A DNA stretch of 62,593 nucleotides, filler included, from Choristocarpus tenellus KU-1152 (lineage: Eukaryota > Protista > Phaeophyceae), in the NCBI GenBank assembly GCA_964200185.2. It is 12 parts of 12 records of this genome, joined end to end, with 100 filler letters (N's around TTAATTAATTAA, not from the genome) between each part and the next. Parts side by side here need not be neighbours in the genome. Positions count along the whole stretch, not along the records: positions 14,283 to 25,545 come from CAXNAD020002419.1; positions 25,646 to 32,332 come from CAXNAD020007562.1; positions 32,433 to 36,417 come from CAXNAD020016796.1; positions 36,518 to 39,301 come from CAXNAD020024790.1; 8 more parts are not named here. The stretch is one strand, 5' to 3'. Both the position numbers and the translations under genes were made by a program. The notes beneath the pieces are model-generated. The model did no database searches, was not told the origin of the DNA, and was given only the letters and a program-made list of their open reading frames with translations. Shown here piece by piece: positions 25,523 to 37,888 of the stretch; within the stretch, counting starts at the first letter, position 1, and every line of letters starts with the position of its first letter.

Positions 25523-25645
25523 ACCCCACCCGACCCCCGGCAGAGNNNNNNNNNNNNNNNNNNNNNNNNNNNNNNNNNNNNNNNNNNNNTTAATTAATTA
25601 ANNNNNNNNNNNNNNNNNNNNNNNNNNNNNNNNNNNNNNNNNNNN

Positions 25646-26092
25646 CCAACTGTCAAACCAACCCAAAACTCGAAGTTACTATTTTCTTTCCTGTATCAAC
25701 GTCTACCATGTACACCTAGCACTTGTTATAGGAATAGGTAGCTAGTATACTACATGCACGGTCCCCCCCACTCACAACAATCGGCCTCTATTTGCCACTG
25801 GCGAAAGACTCCCCCCTCCCGCTCCTTGTCCACCCATACACTAAACACGCAATATGTATCGTTGCAAATTACGTCACATCCGTGCCTTCCCTTTACGTCG
25901 ACACCACGCGCAGTGTGAGAATCGCACATAAGCACTTCTCAATCGACCACAGACCATCCGTGCACACGTACAATCATCGCCCTCTATTTTGCATAAGTTT
26001 ACCAACCGTCAAACTCGTGCAAGACTCAAAGTTATTGTTTTCTTTCCTGTCTTAACGTCATGTACGAAACACTTGTTACAGGAATAGGTAGC
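25646..26092 (+). repeat. Diverged direct repeat (~95 bp, ~356-bp spacing)
   Basis: 25646-25742 and 26002-26092 both read CCAAC.GTCAAAC...AAGTTA.T.TTT.CTTTCCTGT...AACGTC...ACTTGTTA.AGGAATAGGTAGC. Confidence 0.7.
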
Positions 26093-28354
26093 ACATATCA
26101 TCCCAAAGAGAATGGCATCGCATCGAATTGGTCACAAGACGCTGCCTCAGCACCAACACTGACTCCAACATGTACCACCCCTGCTGATATATACACACAA
26201 TCACTATACCCCTTAGGATTGGACGGATAGGGACTGCAGACCGCACAGTAACACGTCTACGAAACTTCTATACATCGACACATTCAGAACCCAGGAGATA
26301 GTCCACCTTCCGGCTTACAAGATCGACCGAGCAGGATGACACGACCCGTGTGTCCCCAACCTCAGTGGCATAAAGTCCATGCACAGGTTCTTCACTGGTC
26401 AGCACACCACCGGAGACTCCCGTACATTGATATACACCGAGTTGCCGTGCTACTCCACGAACTGTTCCATCGGCAACCTGGCCCAATGCAGGTGGCAACT
26501 AACCCACGTGCCCCCGCTTAAGGTAATAGACCTCGGATTTTCCACAGAAACAGGAATGGGCTATATGTATTTGAGAAGTCACCTGTCGAGGAGGAAGGGA
26601 CAGCTCGCTGCGGGGAACATATGTGTTGTGTGGACAGAGCCATCGGAGTACAATAGTCTAGAGTTCTTGCCATTCACTGTACGCCGCAAGGACTCGATTC
26701 AATGGAATGCCTGGCACCATTCCAGCTACGGAGGGATGTTCAATGCTGGAGATGAGGTAGTCATTGTCACTGAAGAGTTCGAGGTGTTGAATACCAGCTT
26801 TTGTTGATGGAGTGCCAACTATTTGTGCATGTCACGGATGGACAAGGTGAGAAACGCTTTTTGTTGTTAGTAAGAGAACAATGTTCCACACGAATCAACC
26901 AATGCTGTTGATATACAGATGTTATATATCCCCTAATAATGTCCCCTCATGTACAAATATGATCCTCCCATAAGATCCAACACAAACTCCAAACCACAAC
27001 GGTTCTAAGGTAATTCATTCTCCTACTCCACAACCACAATCGTAAACTTTCACAGAATATTGAGTCAAAGTACTTAGAGGGTAGAGCCGCGTCCATTTGA
27101 GGGGAAAAATCAAATGTTGCGATTTTGATGTAATTTTGGCTATCATGTTTGTTAGGAGATGTCAATATCCCTGTTCTGGACCCGCCTCTTCATGAAGTAT
27201 ACTTTTTTCCTACTCCGAAACATTTTGGAGTAGGTAAAATATCACTATTAAACTGTGGGAAGCCAAGTCCCAAATGGACAAAAAGGGAAAAACTCGTACC
27301 CTCTAAGATACTTTCACTCATTTTACAACTTCCATAGAGTCATAAGCTTATCCCATGCCTTCGTTTCGCTTCCTAAGTGTATCCTATATCTAAAAATAAT
27401 ACTCTCCATTCCTCACAACCAAAACAAACAACACCTATCCAACCAAACAAGGCCGTCACGCGCAAACACATGTCAATAGTCCCATACACTAAAACCGCCC
27501 CTACAACGAACATCTTCGTGGTGCTCCAGGACGCACAACCGGGTCCCCTCATTGTGCCCCTTCAGGCTATATCATCATCCCGGACTTCGCAGACCTTCAC
27601 CACAACCACCTGGACAACATATTCACCATGCTGCCTGGTCAATACCAGAGGTTCACCTCAGAATCCAACCGGCAATCCCTTGGTGGGATACCTGCTCGCT
27701 TCTCAAGGCAACTCAGGCTTGGGGACACATCCGATGCCAGGTTCGGTCGAGGAACCAGCTTCATTCTATGCGCGAGTAGGGGGGCTATCGTACAGGGGAA
27801 GGTCAGCAATGTTCACGTGGACGGTTCAGGGGTGTACATTTGCTCAGTGTCCTACCTTCAGACGATGGCGAAAAATCTTTGCCCCCTCAACTGAGGTCGT
27901 ACATGACAGAGGACGAGATTGAGGAGGGCGTCGACCAACTTCGGGAGAAGAACAAGAGGGACAGTGACGGGACTGCAGCCCAGTGTGTCAGACAATCCCG
28001 CCGGACGATCGTTGGCTGCCAGCGGAAGCGTAGGGACCTGGAGAAGGATACAACTCCTTGAACCGACACTGAGGGCTGTGCCGGATTTAGATGAGGGAGA
28101 AACACTCAATGCCAGTGCCAAGGGCAGGGAACTACACTTCAGATGGGACGATCAGTGGATGCGAGGGACCGTGACCAAGTACTAGCCCCACTACACGGTG
28201 AAAGATGGAGATGAACGAGTCAGCTACCTCTACGAGGTTAAATGGGAGAATGGCGAGTTGCGAAACATCCAGCTTGTTGTCAATAGCTACAGCATAGACC
28301 AAGACGCTCCTACACGAGCCTGGTTCTGGACAAGTCCTACACTGCCGCCATACT
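26090..28354 (+). mobile_element. Decayed DNA transposase gene, C-terminal part (Sola2-like motifs) with a Tudor-like tail
   Basis: IPKRMA...CTTPADIY...QEIVHLPAYKIDR...LSGIKSMHRFF...TLIYTELPCYSTNC (26098-26465), with stops and frameshifts. Tail: GRELHFRWDDQWMRGTV...YEVKWENGE...YSIDQDAPTRAWFW (28120-28330). Interrupted by MITE copy B. Family assignment is by recalled motif resemblance only. Confidence 0.4.
27062..27319 (+). mobile_element. MITE family 1, full copy B (258 bp)
   Basis: TIRs GAGTCAAAGTA-CTTAGAGGGTA ... TACCCTCTAAGATACTTTCACTC, sub-terminal GTCCATTTG/CAAATGGAC, central hairpin CCTACTCC...GGAGTAGG. Flanks are ATT|...|ATT. Confidence 0.92.
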
Positions 28355-29326
28355 GACGAGAGACACGGGTTTGAGGAGCTACCTACGCTATTCCTGTTCG
28401 TGAGTCACCCTCTACTTCAGCAATTGGACACATGCCTTGACAAATATGTTGTGCTGGAGAGGTCGGACGTTCTCTAAATCAACGGGTTTATACATTTGGT
28501 ATCTTAGTTCTAATATCTTCTTCAAGAGTTAGTTTTTATTTGTCCTTATACGCATGCTTTTATTGGTCTGGTGACAACCTAGATTTTTATCTGGATTGGT
28601 GTATTCTGCCATTGATCTCTAATACATTTACTGCCATGCCCCATAATACCCCCTCGGATGAGGCAAATTACACCTAGCAATACGATATTTTGATGTGTTT
28701 GTCTTACGGCCAACCTTGTTGTGATAATCCCATTCCACAACCATTGCGCCGCAATGGTTGTGTCTTCACTTACTCTGCGTGCTTTGGAGCATGCAGAACC
28801 CTTCCCACCATAATCATGCTCACCGTGCTAAGGCCGTCCATACCACACAACAAACCCTCCAACCTGTAGGCAAGATGGTGCTAACAACAATCGACTCATG
28901 GTCTAACAAACAACCTAACCCAAGTGCACCTGGTTTGTTCAGGGACATCACCCGGAGTATGCATCCCACAAACCCTCTCCCTCCCCTCTTTGCGTTGCTT
29001 GGACATAAGAGCCAATGACAGAAAGGATGCTAAAATAACGTACACGTAGAAACATCTCGTACTCGATACCACCATCTAAAACACAAGGCGAGATTTTTGC
29101 AACAGATGATCCCTCTTCCACAACCAATCCAAACGGCAGCAACAACCCAACTTCAAACTTTGAACCAAACGGCAACTTCCTTAAGTCATAATCGCGGAGT
29201 CTACACGCACTCAAGCGCCAGGCACAGGTCCTAAATGCATTTTATTCGAAAATACATCAAAAAAGGACAAGCCCTCCACGACTGAAGACAGCAATTCCAC
29301 GAATTTGTTTAACACCTTGTCGGGAT

Positions 29327-29368
29327 CGAAACGGACTCCCCCTCACAAACCAGCCCCCCCCCCCAGAT
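29327..29368 (-). mobile_element. Fragment of MITE-like family 2
   Basis: CGAAACGGACTCCCCCTCACAAACCAGCCCCCCCCCCCAGAT matches 59878-59925. Confidence 0.55.
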
Positions 29369-31174
29369 GAAATGATACATAGAGAGAATTCGAAGATTTA
29401 GTCGATTCATGCGCACAGAACAATACCATGTGCTTAGGATTGAAGCATGAACGTAGGCATCTCATGCGCTCTTGTTAATAAAACATTCCTGGATTACAAT
29501 ATACCTCTCACACACACTCAGAGCGTGTGTAATACATCATCACAGGACTTCTATACAAAGATATGGGTATCAGACCCTAGGAAAAGCTTAGTCCTCCGTT
29601 GGTTGGTTCCATTGCTCAAACGTTATAAAATGTCCCTCCAAAACCGATGCAAAACCTAGCATGATCTTCTTGACAAGTTTGAGATACTGAGGTATTCCAT
29701 TGAACAAAATTTGAGCCTTTTTGGGTTCGAGAGATGGGACTGAAAAGGAAACACCATATATAGATGACCGGAGCAGGCGAGTAATAGTGGGTTGAAGTCT
29801 TAGCCCACCAATTAGCTGCGTAGCACCCCAACCTCTGATTTTGTCAACATGTTCAGTTACCACTATGTTTTTGAGGCAGAAATATCTAGGTGCAAAGATT
29901 TATGCAAGTCGTGAAGCTTGCTACCATTACCCCCTCAAACAAGTCTTAATCACTTTTCTCAGGCGTGCACTTCAAAAATATTTCTTCCAAGTTCAGTTTC
30001 AACTTCTAGACGTTGGTGGGTAGGTTGGGTGGATTGGATAGTCGATCAAGTATCTTAATGTTCTGTTACCCTTACCCTCCTTGGTCCCTCAGTGCTATGT
30101 ACCAACATAGTACAGCACAAATAGTTCCTTGATCCGTTCCTTTTGTTTCTCCATTATCACGACCTTCTTCCCCCACTTCCCAGGCAGGTTATCCTCCTTT
30201 TGAATCTGCGGAATCTGGGCCCTCGTAAAGTGCTGTATTTGGTACTATGCAGTATGTTGAAACTCACAACACTATGCTGAACCTTATATATCAAAATGAA
30301 TCAAGAAATGAAAGGAGGAGTGAGATCCTTGAACGTTTTTAATGCCAACATGGTCCCAAACCAACTAGGAGACTTAATTTCCTCGCACCACAGCACAACA
30401 CACTGTTTACCGCACGCTTTGCAAGGACATGAACACTCACGTTCGGGTTATTTTTTGCAATTAACTGGCCCGATTTCATCGAAGTTTTGTCTTTTTTGAC
30501 ACCAAACCAATCACTCATAACCCGGAAAAAGAACGTTCATGCTCAGCTAAGAGCGTTAAGGCAGAGGATAGAGCACAACCTCTCCAATGACTTGGTTGAG
30601 AAGTAGATGTGTTTGAAGCCAACACACAATAGAGAGCGGTCTACGTGTTCTTCCAGGTGCTCTAACCCTCACACCTATGTTGTTTGTGTTCGCGATTAGA
30701 CGCATATAGGTAAATCTCTGTGGATGAACCATTACTGCAATAATAACAAAGGAAAATAAGATATGACTTCACATGTGGTCGGGTGTTGAATGGAGTGTGT
30801 GTGGGATGTGGACAGGGGACAAAAAATAAGGGCATGGGTGTGCGGTGTCCTTGATTTTTGTGTCGCCTGTTACTATGGGGAAAGAACGGGAAGTCTGAGT
30901 CGAAAATACGTGCCCACTAAAGTGGTGAAATAGGGATGACTAGACATTTTTGTGTGCCAGAAGGCCAGCGACACTCCTTTGAAAAAGGCTTCCATATTTT
31001 TCCTAGGTAGACGCTGTTACACCGCCAAGCATCTATATGTTATTAAGCCATGAGGCCGTGTACCAGGCTAAAACGACTAGTATGCCTAACACATTTCAAC
31101 CCCCAATCTTTGGTGTAAAATGGAGGGTGTCGAGTTCAAAATAACACTAGAAAGGGAACTGGGATAGACGTACA

Positions 31175-31429
31175 GAGTGGAAGTATCTTAGAGGGTACGA
31201 GTTTTGCCCTGTGTGTCCATTTGGGGCTTGGCTTCCCATGGATTTTTATGACATTTTCCTACTCCAAAATGTTTTGAATCGGTAAAGTGTGTATGTTATG
31301 AAAAGGTGTGTCCGGGATAAGCATACTGACACTTCCTAACAAACACGAGAGCCAAAATTACATCAAAATCGAAACATTGGATTTTGGTCCCAAATGGACG
31401 TGGCCCCACCCTCTAAGATACTTTGGCTC
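31175..31429 (-). mobile_element. MITE family 1, full copy C
   Basis: GAGTGGAAGTATCTTAGAGGGTACGAG ... ACCCTCTAAGATACTTTGGCTC; colinear with the reverse complement of copies B and F. Confidence 0.92.
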
Positions 31430-32432
31430 GGTCGTTCCTTCTTTAAGTAGGGTTAGATTGTCATACAACTGACAAAAAAAAAGAGTTCCAAAAGACCATA
31501 CTTCCTTGATCAAGGGAGACTAGGTGCGTATCCCTTCTACGAGGATCGGACTCGTCTGCCGCTATCCCTGTGCGCTGTACGTAACACTACACACCAGGCA
31601 TGTCGGAAGGGAAAAAGACGACAGGACTTCCTCTTCATGCAAGGTGATCAGGTGCGTACGACTTAAGGATGATGTAACCCGACCGCGACATGCCATCCTC
31701 TCCGGACCTGACTCAACGCGCAAAACATTTTCTCTCTGTCCTTCTGTCGGTTCCCCTGTCCCATGTACAACGTGCCAGCCTGATGCAGATACATCACATG
31801 ATAAAAGGAGAGGCTTAGTCCAACCTCCGAACGCCGCCATGCCTCCAAAGGGAAGCAGGAGGTGATTCCCTCTACCAGAAACGTACACCCTCTGTGCAGG
31901 TCATTCAGGAGCGTTCGTGAATGACCAATCTCGCAAACGCCATCATGATTTAGCGCCTTTGACGAATGTTGCGACTTTCGTCCGTTCACATAGCCTGCAT
32001 TAGCATGTGGGTGCCATCATCATGTACCCAAGCGGTTGTATGATCCTGTAGTCACGGCCCTCCATCCAACCATTGTCACATAACTTTCCGTAGCTAACAC
32101 GCTCATTCTGGATCGAGCCTTCCTTGACAACCGGCCGTAACGTATTCCGCCAATTCCTATGTCTGTGTTCCTCTCGATAAACAGTTCCAACGTCTTTCGA
32201 ACCCGGCTGTGATCAAAGCACGAATGCCCCTCGCATTAGGAATTATCTTGTTATTGCTTTCTTAATGTATAGCCCAAATTCGGGTTAGGCGTAGATGGCG
32301 TTGCTGTCCACCACGCTACATTGATTCACACGNNNNNNNNNNNNNNNNNNNNNNNNNNNNNNNNNNNNNNNNNNNNTTAATTAATTAANNNNNNNNNNNN
32401 NNNNNNNNNNNNNNNNNNNNNNNNNNNNNNNN

Positions 32433-32664
32433 GTGTTTGAAACACAGGAGGGCACTACTAAAAAATACAACGGTGGTAATAAACACCAAAAGTATCGTGA
32501 GGGGGGGGGGGGGTCTACACCATGGTGTACATTTGGATCATAACCAGGAAAAGTTCACATACATTATCCATCCGGCCTATGCAACTAAATCACCCCAAAA
32601 ACCGCGACAAAAACCTATTGGCCCCAAATGGACCGCCACCACCCCTTCCCAGATACTTTGAGTC
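32433..32664 (-). mobile_element. MITE-like family 2 element end (contig start)
   Basis: Ends GGCCCCAAATGGACCGCCACCACCCCTTCCCAGATACTTTGAGTC, the same TIR core as family 1. Confidence 0.55.
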
Positions 32665-32712
32665 AAATGGGAAACATATTAACACTTATCACTTTTGTGA
32701 CAATTGTTACTT

Positions 32713-32888
32713 CTTTAGAACAGCTGATTTCAAAAATTGAGGATGGAGCTTTTCATTGAGGATGGAGCTTTTTTTTTAATGACAATACAAAAATATATAT
32801 ATCGACACTTTATCCCAGTCAATTTTGGGTCAAGCCCATCCTCGATGAAAAGCTCCATCCTCAATTCTTGAAATCGGCTGTTTTAGGG
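32713..32888. mobile_element. MITE family 3: ~176-bp element with ~50-bp terminal inverted repeats
   Basis: TAGAACAGCTGATTTCAAAAATTGAGGATGGAGCTTTTCATTGAGGATGG ... CCATCCTCGATGAAAAGCTCCATCCTCAATTCTTGAAATCGGCTGTTTTA. TA sits at both outer ends. Confidence 0.8.
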
Positions 32889-35293
32889 ATTTTCGGACAA
32901 GTGAATAGTTTTCATTAGTTTCTCCCCTCCTGGCACATCCACAAAGTGTCAGAGGGCATAATTAATACTATGTATGGTTCACTTTTCATAGAGAAGCAAC
33001 ATCCTGCGAATATGCCCAGACCCTTCGTGAAAGACAAAACAAAAAGGAGAAATAAAAATACGGTATATACCCGTCAAAATACCAGAAATACGGAAAAAAA
33101 TACGCAGAAACAAATATACCACCAGGTGAATCTTTCGACTCCTTTCTTTGTGTGATTGTTGTATCATTCATAGTATTATATGCCACTGGCATTTGTGGAT
33201 ATTGTCATGCAAGGACAAGAAGCAACACATATTGCATTAATAGTACCTCTTGGCAATAAAAGGCTTCAGGTGTCTTATCGGTACACAAGCAGAGAAATTC
33301 CGCCCCGAGCCGGCAGCTCATCGGACGGTAGGGAGGGTCGGAGGTTTACCAGGATAAAGGAAGCAGTGAAGGAATGCCTGCAACAGAATGTGTTCATCGC
33401 AGCATAAGTGGCAATATCAAGGGGTGTGTTACGTTTCAAGATATAGAGACACAGGGTCGGTGGGAAGGGTGGTTGGGCTTGACAGAGAGTCACATGTCTT
33501 GTAGGACTCTTATTCCTTCCTTGGTCCTAGACCTTCGTCACAACAAGCCCATAGTGGCAGCAGTCTAGGAGTAGTTTCAGTGGAATGTATGCATGTGTCT
33601 TAGTAGGTTTATTGTCTTCTTGTTTTCAAACATTCCACTACTTAGCTCTTTTCGTTGGTGTATTAGAAGGCCTTTACAGGAAGTATTTTAAATGAAAAAC
33701 AAAACTGGGGATGATTGACCCACGTGGAAGTGGATACGTCACCTCTAAAGGGGTAATAAAGTCTGACATCTAGATAAAATCAATCAAGGATGGTAAGTTG
33801 GAGGGTTATTGATCGCGAAAGTGGGCGTTGTAGTTTTGAATCAAGTATGGGTATTGAGTTCTGTAGATTGAGGAACATACCTTAATGTAATATCTCTGTT
33901 CTAAATGCAACGTGTGATGTCTAGGATTCATGATGTCTAGGGACCAGGAGGTTGAGTGTGGTTAGGTGCGTCAATGGAGGGAAGTTATATCGTATTTCCG
34001 AAGTTGTGGTACGGTTTTCATCCTAGCATAAGTTGGTGATGTTGGGTTGTTGAACTCTCGGTTATCTTCTGTAGTTAGTTGAAGAGTGCACAGGTGAGTT
34101 GCAATAAATAGGTACCAACACTCCAGAACTCCGACACTCGTGTTACAGGCGATATGTCTTGATGGCAGTTTCATAAACACCATTGTGACATTGAAGTTCT
34201 AGATTTGATATATTTGTACTTCTTGATTATTTATTTATTATTTGGTCATTATGGTCCCCAATTGTGATAAGACATCGTAGACCAGTTCCTTTTTATACGA
34301 TGATATATTGATGATAATCCAAGTGAGAGATCCAGCATACTTGACGACTTGTGCATCAGGAGTCCTATACGTATATCAGTATAATCTATAGGCCCTTAGA
34401 TTGGAGCTATACATCCTGTGGAGGTAAGCTTTCGGGGGGGCGCTGTAACATGGAAGTCCTCCCGAGACTTCCACCCTGTAACACCTCATGGGACATCCAT
34501 CCAGACACATTCACACGCATATACGCAAACACAGACACAATCATCAAAGCAAAGAGTCCATTCCAGTCCAATCCAGTTCCATGCACCCCATCGCAACTGC
34601 CCACAGATACCACAGAGGCTACCAAGGAGGGTAACCTCGGTCAGAGGGGGGGTGAGGCTTCCATTCGGAGTCTGTGTTTGACCCTGTCGTAGTTTCATGT
34701 CATTCGAGTTAAAGAGTCAGAGGTAAGGGAAATTTTCGTTGTCTGAACAGACCTTCCTTTTCCATCCCCATGCCTAGACCAAACTTCAAGGAAAAGCACC
34801 CACATAACGTCCATCAAACTTGGGTATCCTACAACACCTCATCAAGCCCCAAATCGACCGGCTGACCCAAACACACAAACTCACTACGATTCTATGTGCC
34901 CAGGCCCTGTCTCCAGCGTCTGTGTATTGAATATAATTAACCCAAACACAACAACGCTTACTTGGAGCAGTACAAGCAGCAGCACATAGATGCTCCAGTA
35001 GTGCAGGACTACAAATACAGGAAGTAAGATGTGCTGAAAATTTGATCCACCTTGCTTTCCTTGACGTTGAGCATAATTGTGTTACCAATTATGTTTTTCT
35101 AAACTGAGGTGTTCATAAGAAGAGAGGGTTTTTTGTAGATCTACCTTTTAGTTGTCGTCCTATTTATGGTACTATAGTCTAATAGTACTTACTGATGCTA
35201 ATATTCCAGTTCTGTTTTGTGCTTTGTTGATGCACTTACTTTTTTTTTGTCGCCCATTGAGAGGTACGTACTACTACTACCTCTGTGGCATAC

Positions 35294-36226
35294 GTTTGTG
35301 CCGTGTGCCATAAGTTTGTGCTGCGAAACATATGGGCTCTCGCTGAGCGAGAACGGCACCGAATCGGACGGTAACCCCACAGAATGAAATCGGCTTGATA
35401 ATCTCATCTTTCAGAAATGGTGGGGGTCGAGGATCATAAGGTACAAACTCGAGGTGCTTCAAGCCGACAAAGTAGGGGCCTTGTGGGTTGATTTTGAGGC
35501 CAGAACTGGGCACGTTGAGGGTCAGAACGTCGATATAGCAACCCCCCCGTCGAACTCTCCGCGTAGGAAGGGTGCCCAAGTGTTTGTACCGTGTACCGTA
35601 AGTTTGTGCTGCAAAACATATGGGCTCTCGCTGAGCGAGAACGGCACCGAATAGGACGATAACCCACAGAATGAAATCGGCTTGACAATCTCATCTTTCA
35701 GAAATGGAGAGGGTCGAGGATCATCAGGTACAAACTCGAGGTGCTTCATGTGCAAAATAGGACAATAGTGAGGTGTACCTTATTTTGTGTATACGAGATT
35801 GTTGTGTTAAATTGAGTCCATGTGATGTAACTAATAAAATAGTACATCCAGATTATGTATGGAATTATGTATTGGTATTTATTCTGCATTCAACTAACTT
35901 TGACATGACCGTTTACTCAGATAGGAAGCACAAATAAATAATAAACAAGTAATTAGAAGACACCATACACAAAGGTCACTCTTCTAAATTTCAACCATCC
36001 ATTTCTTTTTCACGTTCAGCAAAGGGGGTCGTGTGAGGCTTCACACTCTCTTATCTTCACTACTGAGAAATAGCATTACCTCCCAAGGTAATTTGCACTC
36101 TTCAATCCGACAAATTAGGGGCCTTGTGGGTTGATTTTGAGGTCAGAATTGGGCACGTTGAGGGTCAGAACATCGATATAGCAACCCTCCCGTCGAACTC
36201 CCCGCGTAGGAAGGGTGCCCAAGTGT
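35294..36226 (-). repeat. 288-bp tandem duplication of a decayed unknown ORF; second unit interrupted by an insertion
   Basis: Unit 1 is 35294-35581. Unit 2 is 35582-35748 plus 36105-36226. Both encode GCYIDVLTLNVP..LKINPQGP.FVGLKHLEFVP.DPRP.PFLKDEI.KPISFCG on the minus strand. Confidence 0.85.
35749..36099. mobile_element. 351-bp insertion with 5-bp target-site duplication (probable solo LTR)
   Basis: CTTCA at 35744-35748 and 36100-36104. Termini TGTGCAAAAT...ATTTGCACT. The empty site GGTGCTTCAAGCCGAC is visible in the adjacent duplicate unit. Confidence 0.75.
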
Positions 36227-36533
36227 CCCTGAATACCAGCGTTGCGCTTGCAGCGCGGCACGCCCTCGCGATGATCCCTGGTGAGCATACACTGCTGAGA
36301 CACGTTGGGCCGGTCCTTATAGCGAAGTTTGGAGTATCTGAGTGTTACATGCGAGGGCCCTGGGAGGACGTTGCCGATCAGCTCCCCCGTGGCTACACGC
36401 TTGACCTAGGGGTGGTGNNNNNNNNNNNNNNNNNNNNNNNNNNNNNNNNNNNNNNNNNNNNTTAATTAATTAANNNNNNNNNNNNNNNNNNNNNNNNNNN
36501 NNNNNNNNNNNNNNNNNCACCCCCCGTCCTCAC

Positions 36534-37601
36534 TGTGGGTGTACAGTATAATGGGGGCACCACATTCCCATGCATGTGATTTCGGACACGGTACCGCATT
36601 AGCTCAAACTGTCCATCAGGAGGGACAAAGCTGGCGACTCTGTCCCTCTCAAATCGTGTGTAGCGAACACATGGGTGGAAAGAGCAGTCATCGATCACCT
36701 GTGTAGTGGTGAGGGGTACCAGAGGTTGGACTGCGATTTAGGCGGGGTGGAATTGGCATCATCAAGGTACCACGCCAAGGAGGATAGGGTGGATGTACAG
36801 CAAGGTGCACGCGCAAACCACAGATGTGTTGGTGTATAGAGGAGAGGGAGTAATCACCTTCAGGTGACTGACTAGCATGTACCACTACAGTAGCAGCGGA
36901 GAGTACAAAACAACCCTCAGTCAGTAATGTCTCTCTAAAGTATAATACTAGCTAGGAATGGCAAGCAACATCCTCATTCCATAAAAAAACAGGTCCCTCA
37001 GCACAACAAGTATTTCTAGACCTAGATGTTGCTACGGCACGATCGGAGTATTATTTTGTACCATGAAGCACTACAAGACAAACGTTCAGTGCTATGCACA
37101 TTTATCAACAAAGTAGCTCTGTAGCGCAATACAGAGAGCCGTAAGAGCATGCGAAGTTGGTGAATTCAATCAGCTCCATTTGCTATGTGTGAGCATTTCA
37201 TAAGAAGCGACATCTCAGGGGGTGGCAATCAACACCTCGCAGCAAAATTCTCATTCAACCCTACAACCCAAACGCCATGATGGAAATGTAGATACTTGGA
37301 ATTCTGGCCTGGTCACTCCAAGGGAGAGTTGATCATTCAAAAGAGGGCAACGTTCACAGTACATTCAACGAGAACACACAAGTGAATCCAAAGTGTCCAC
37401 ATAAACATGCAACCAGTTCGATCTGCTGGGCATCTCCACAACTGTTCGTGTATGCTGAATGCTGCATGGGAAGAGGTCTGATCACACAGCACAGCAAGCT
37501 TTGTTCATCTCCCCCTTGCTTCTCTCGACAAGATATTCTTCAAAAACACGTAACAGTAAAATAAAAAAGAGAAATTTTTCAGAGTCTTTCCTATTCTCTC
37601 T

Positions 37602-37640
<39 letters not shown>

Positions 37641-37888
37641 ACCCCACACAACCAACAACGCCCACAGCCNNNNNNNNNNCCACAAAAAACAAAAAAAACA
37701 ACAAAAAAAAAAAAAAAAAAAAAAAAAATTTTTTGTTTTTTCCTTTTCCTCCTCCCCCCCCCCCCCCCCCCCCCCCCGGTCCACAAAAAGATCATCACCG
37801 ATGGGTCTTGGAAAGCAAGGAGCATGTCAGGGATACCACTGAGGCGTGAGTTGGCCTGTATCGAGCCAGACACCTCCGATGATACAAC
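36534..37888 (-). CDS. AP3M: AP-3 complex subunit mu, two internal exons
   Basis: Exon 37888-37799 (VVSSEVSGSIQANSRLSGIPDMLLAFQDPS) and exon 36698-36534 (VIDDCSFHPCVRYTRFERDRVASFVPPDGQFELMRYRV). The DDCSFHPCVR variant is typical of mu3. Confidence 0.88.

Noticed and set aside
28940-30240. Minus-strand protein-like fragments (LPFGSKFEVGLLLPFG; GWGATQLIGGLRL)
   Set aside because: No recognisable domain, multiple stops, and no consistent splice model.
32940-34700. Several 60-110 aa ORFs
   Set aside because: No recognisable motifs or exon chain; probably decayed repeat sequence.
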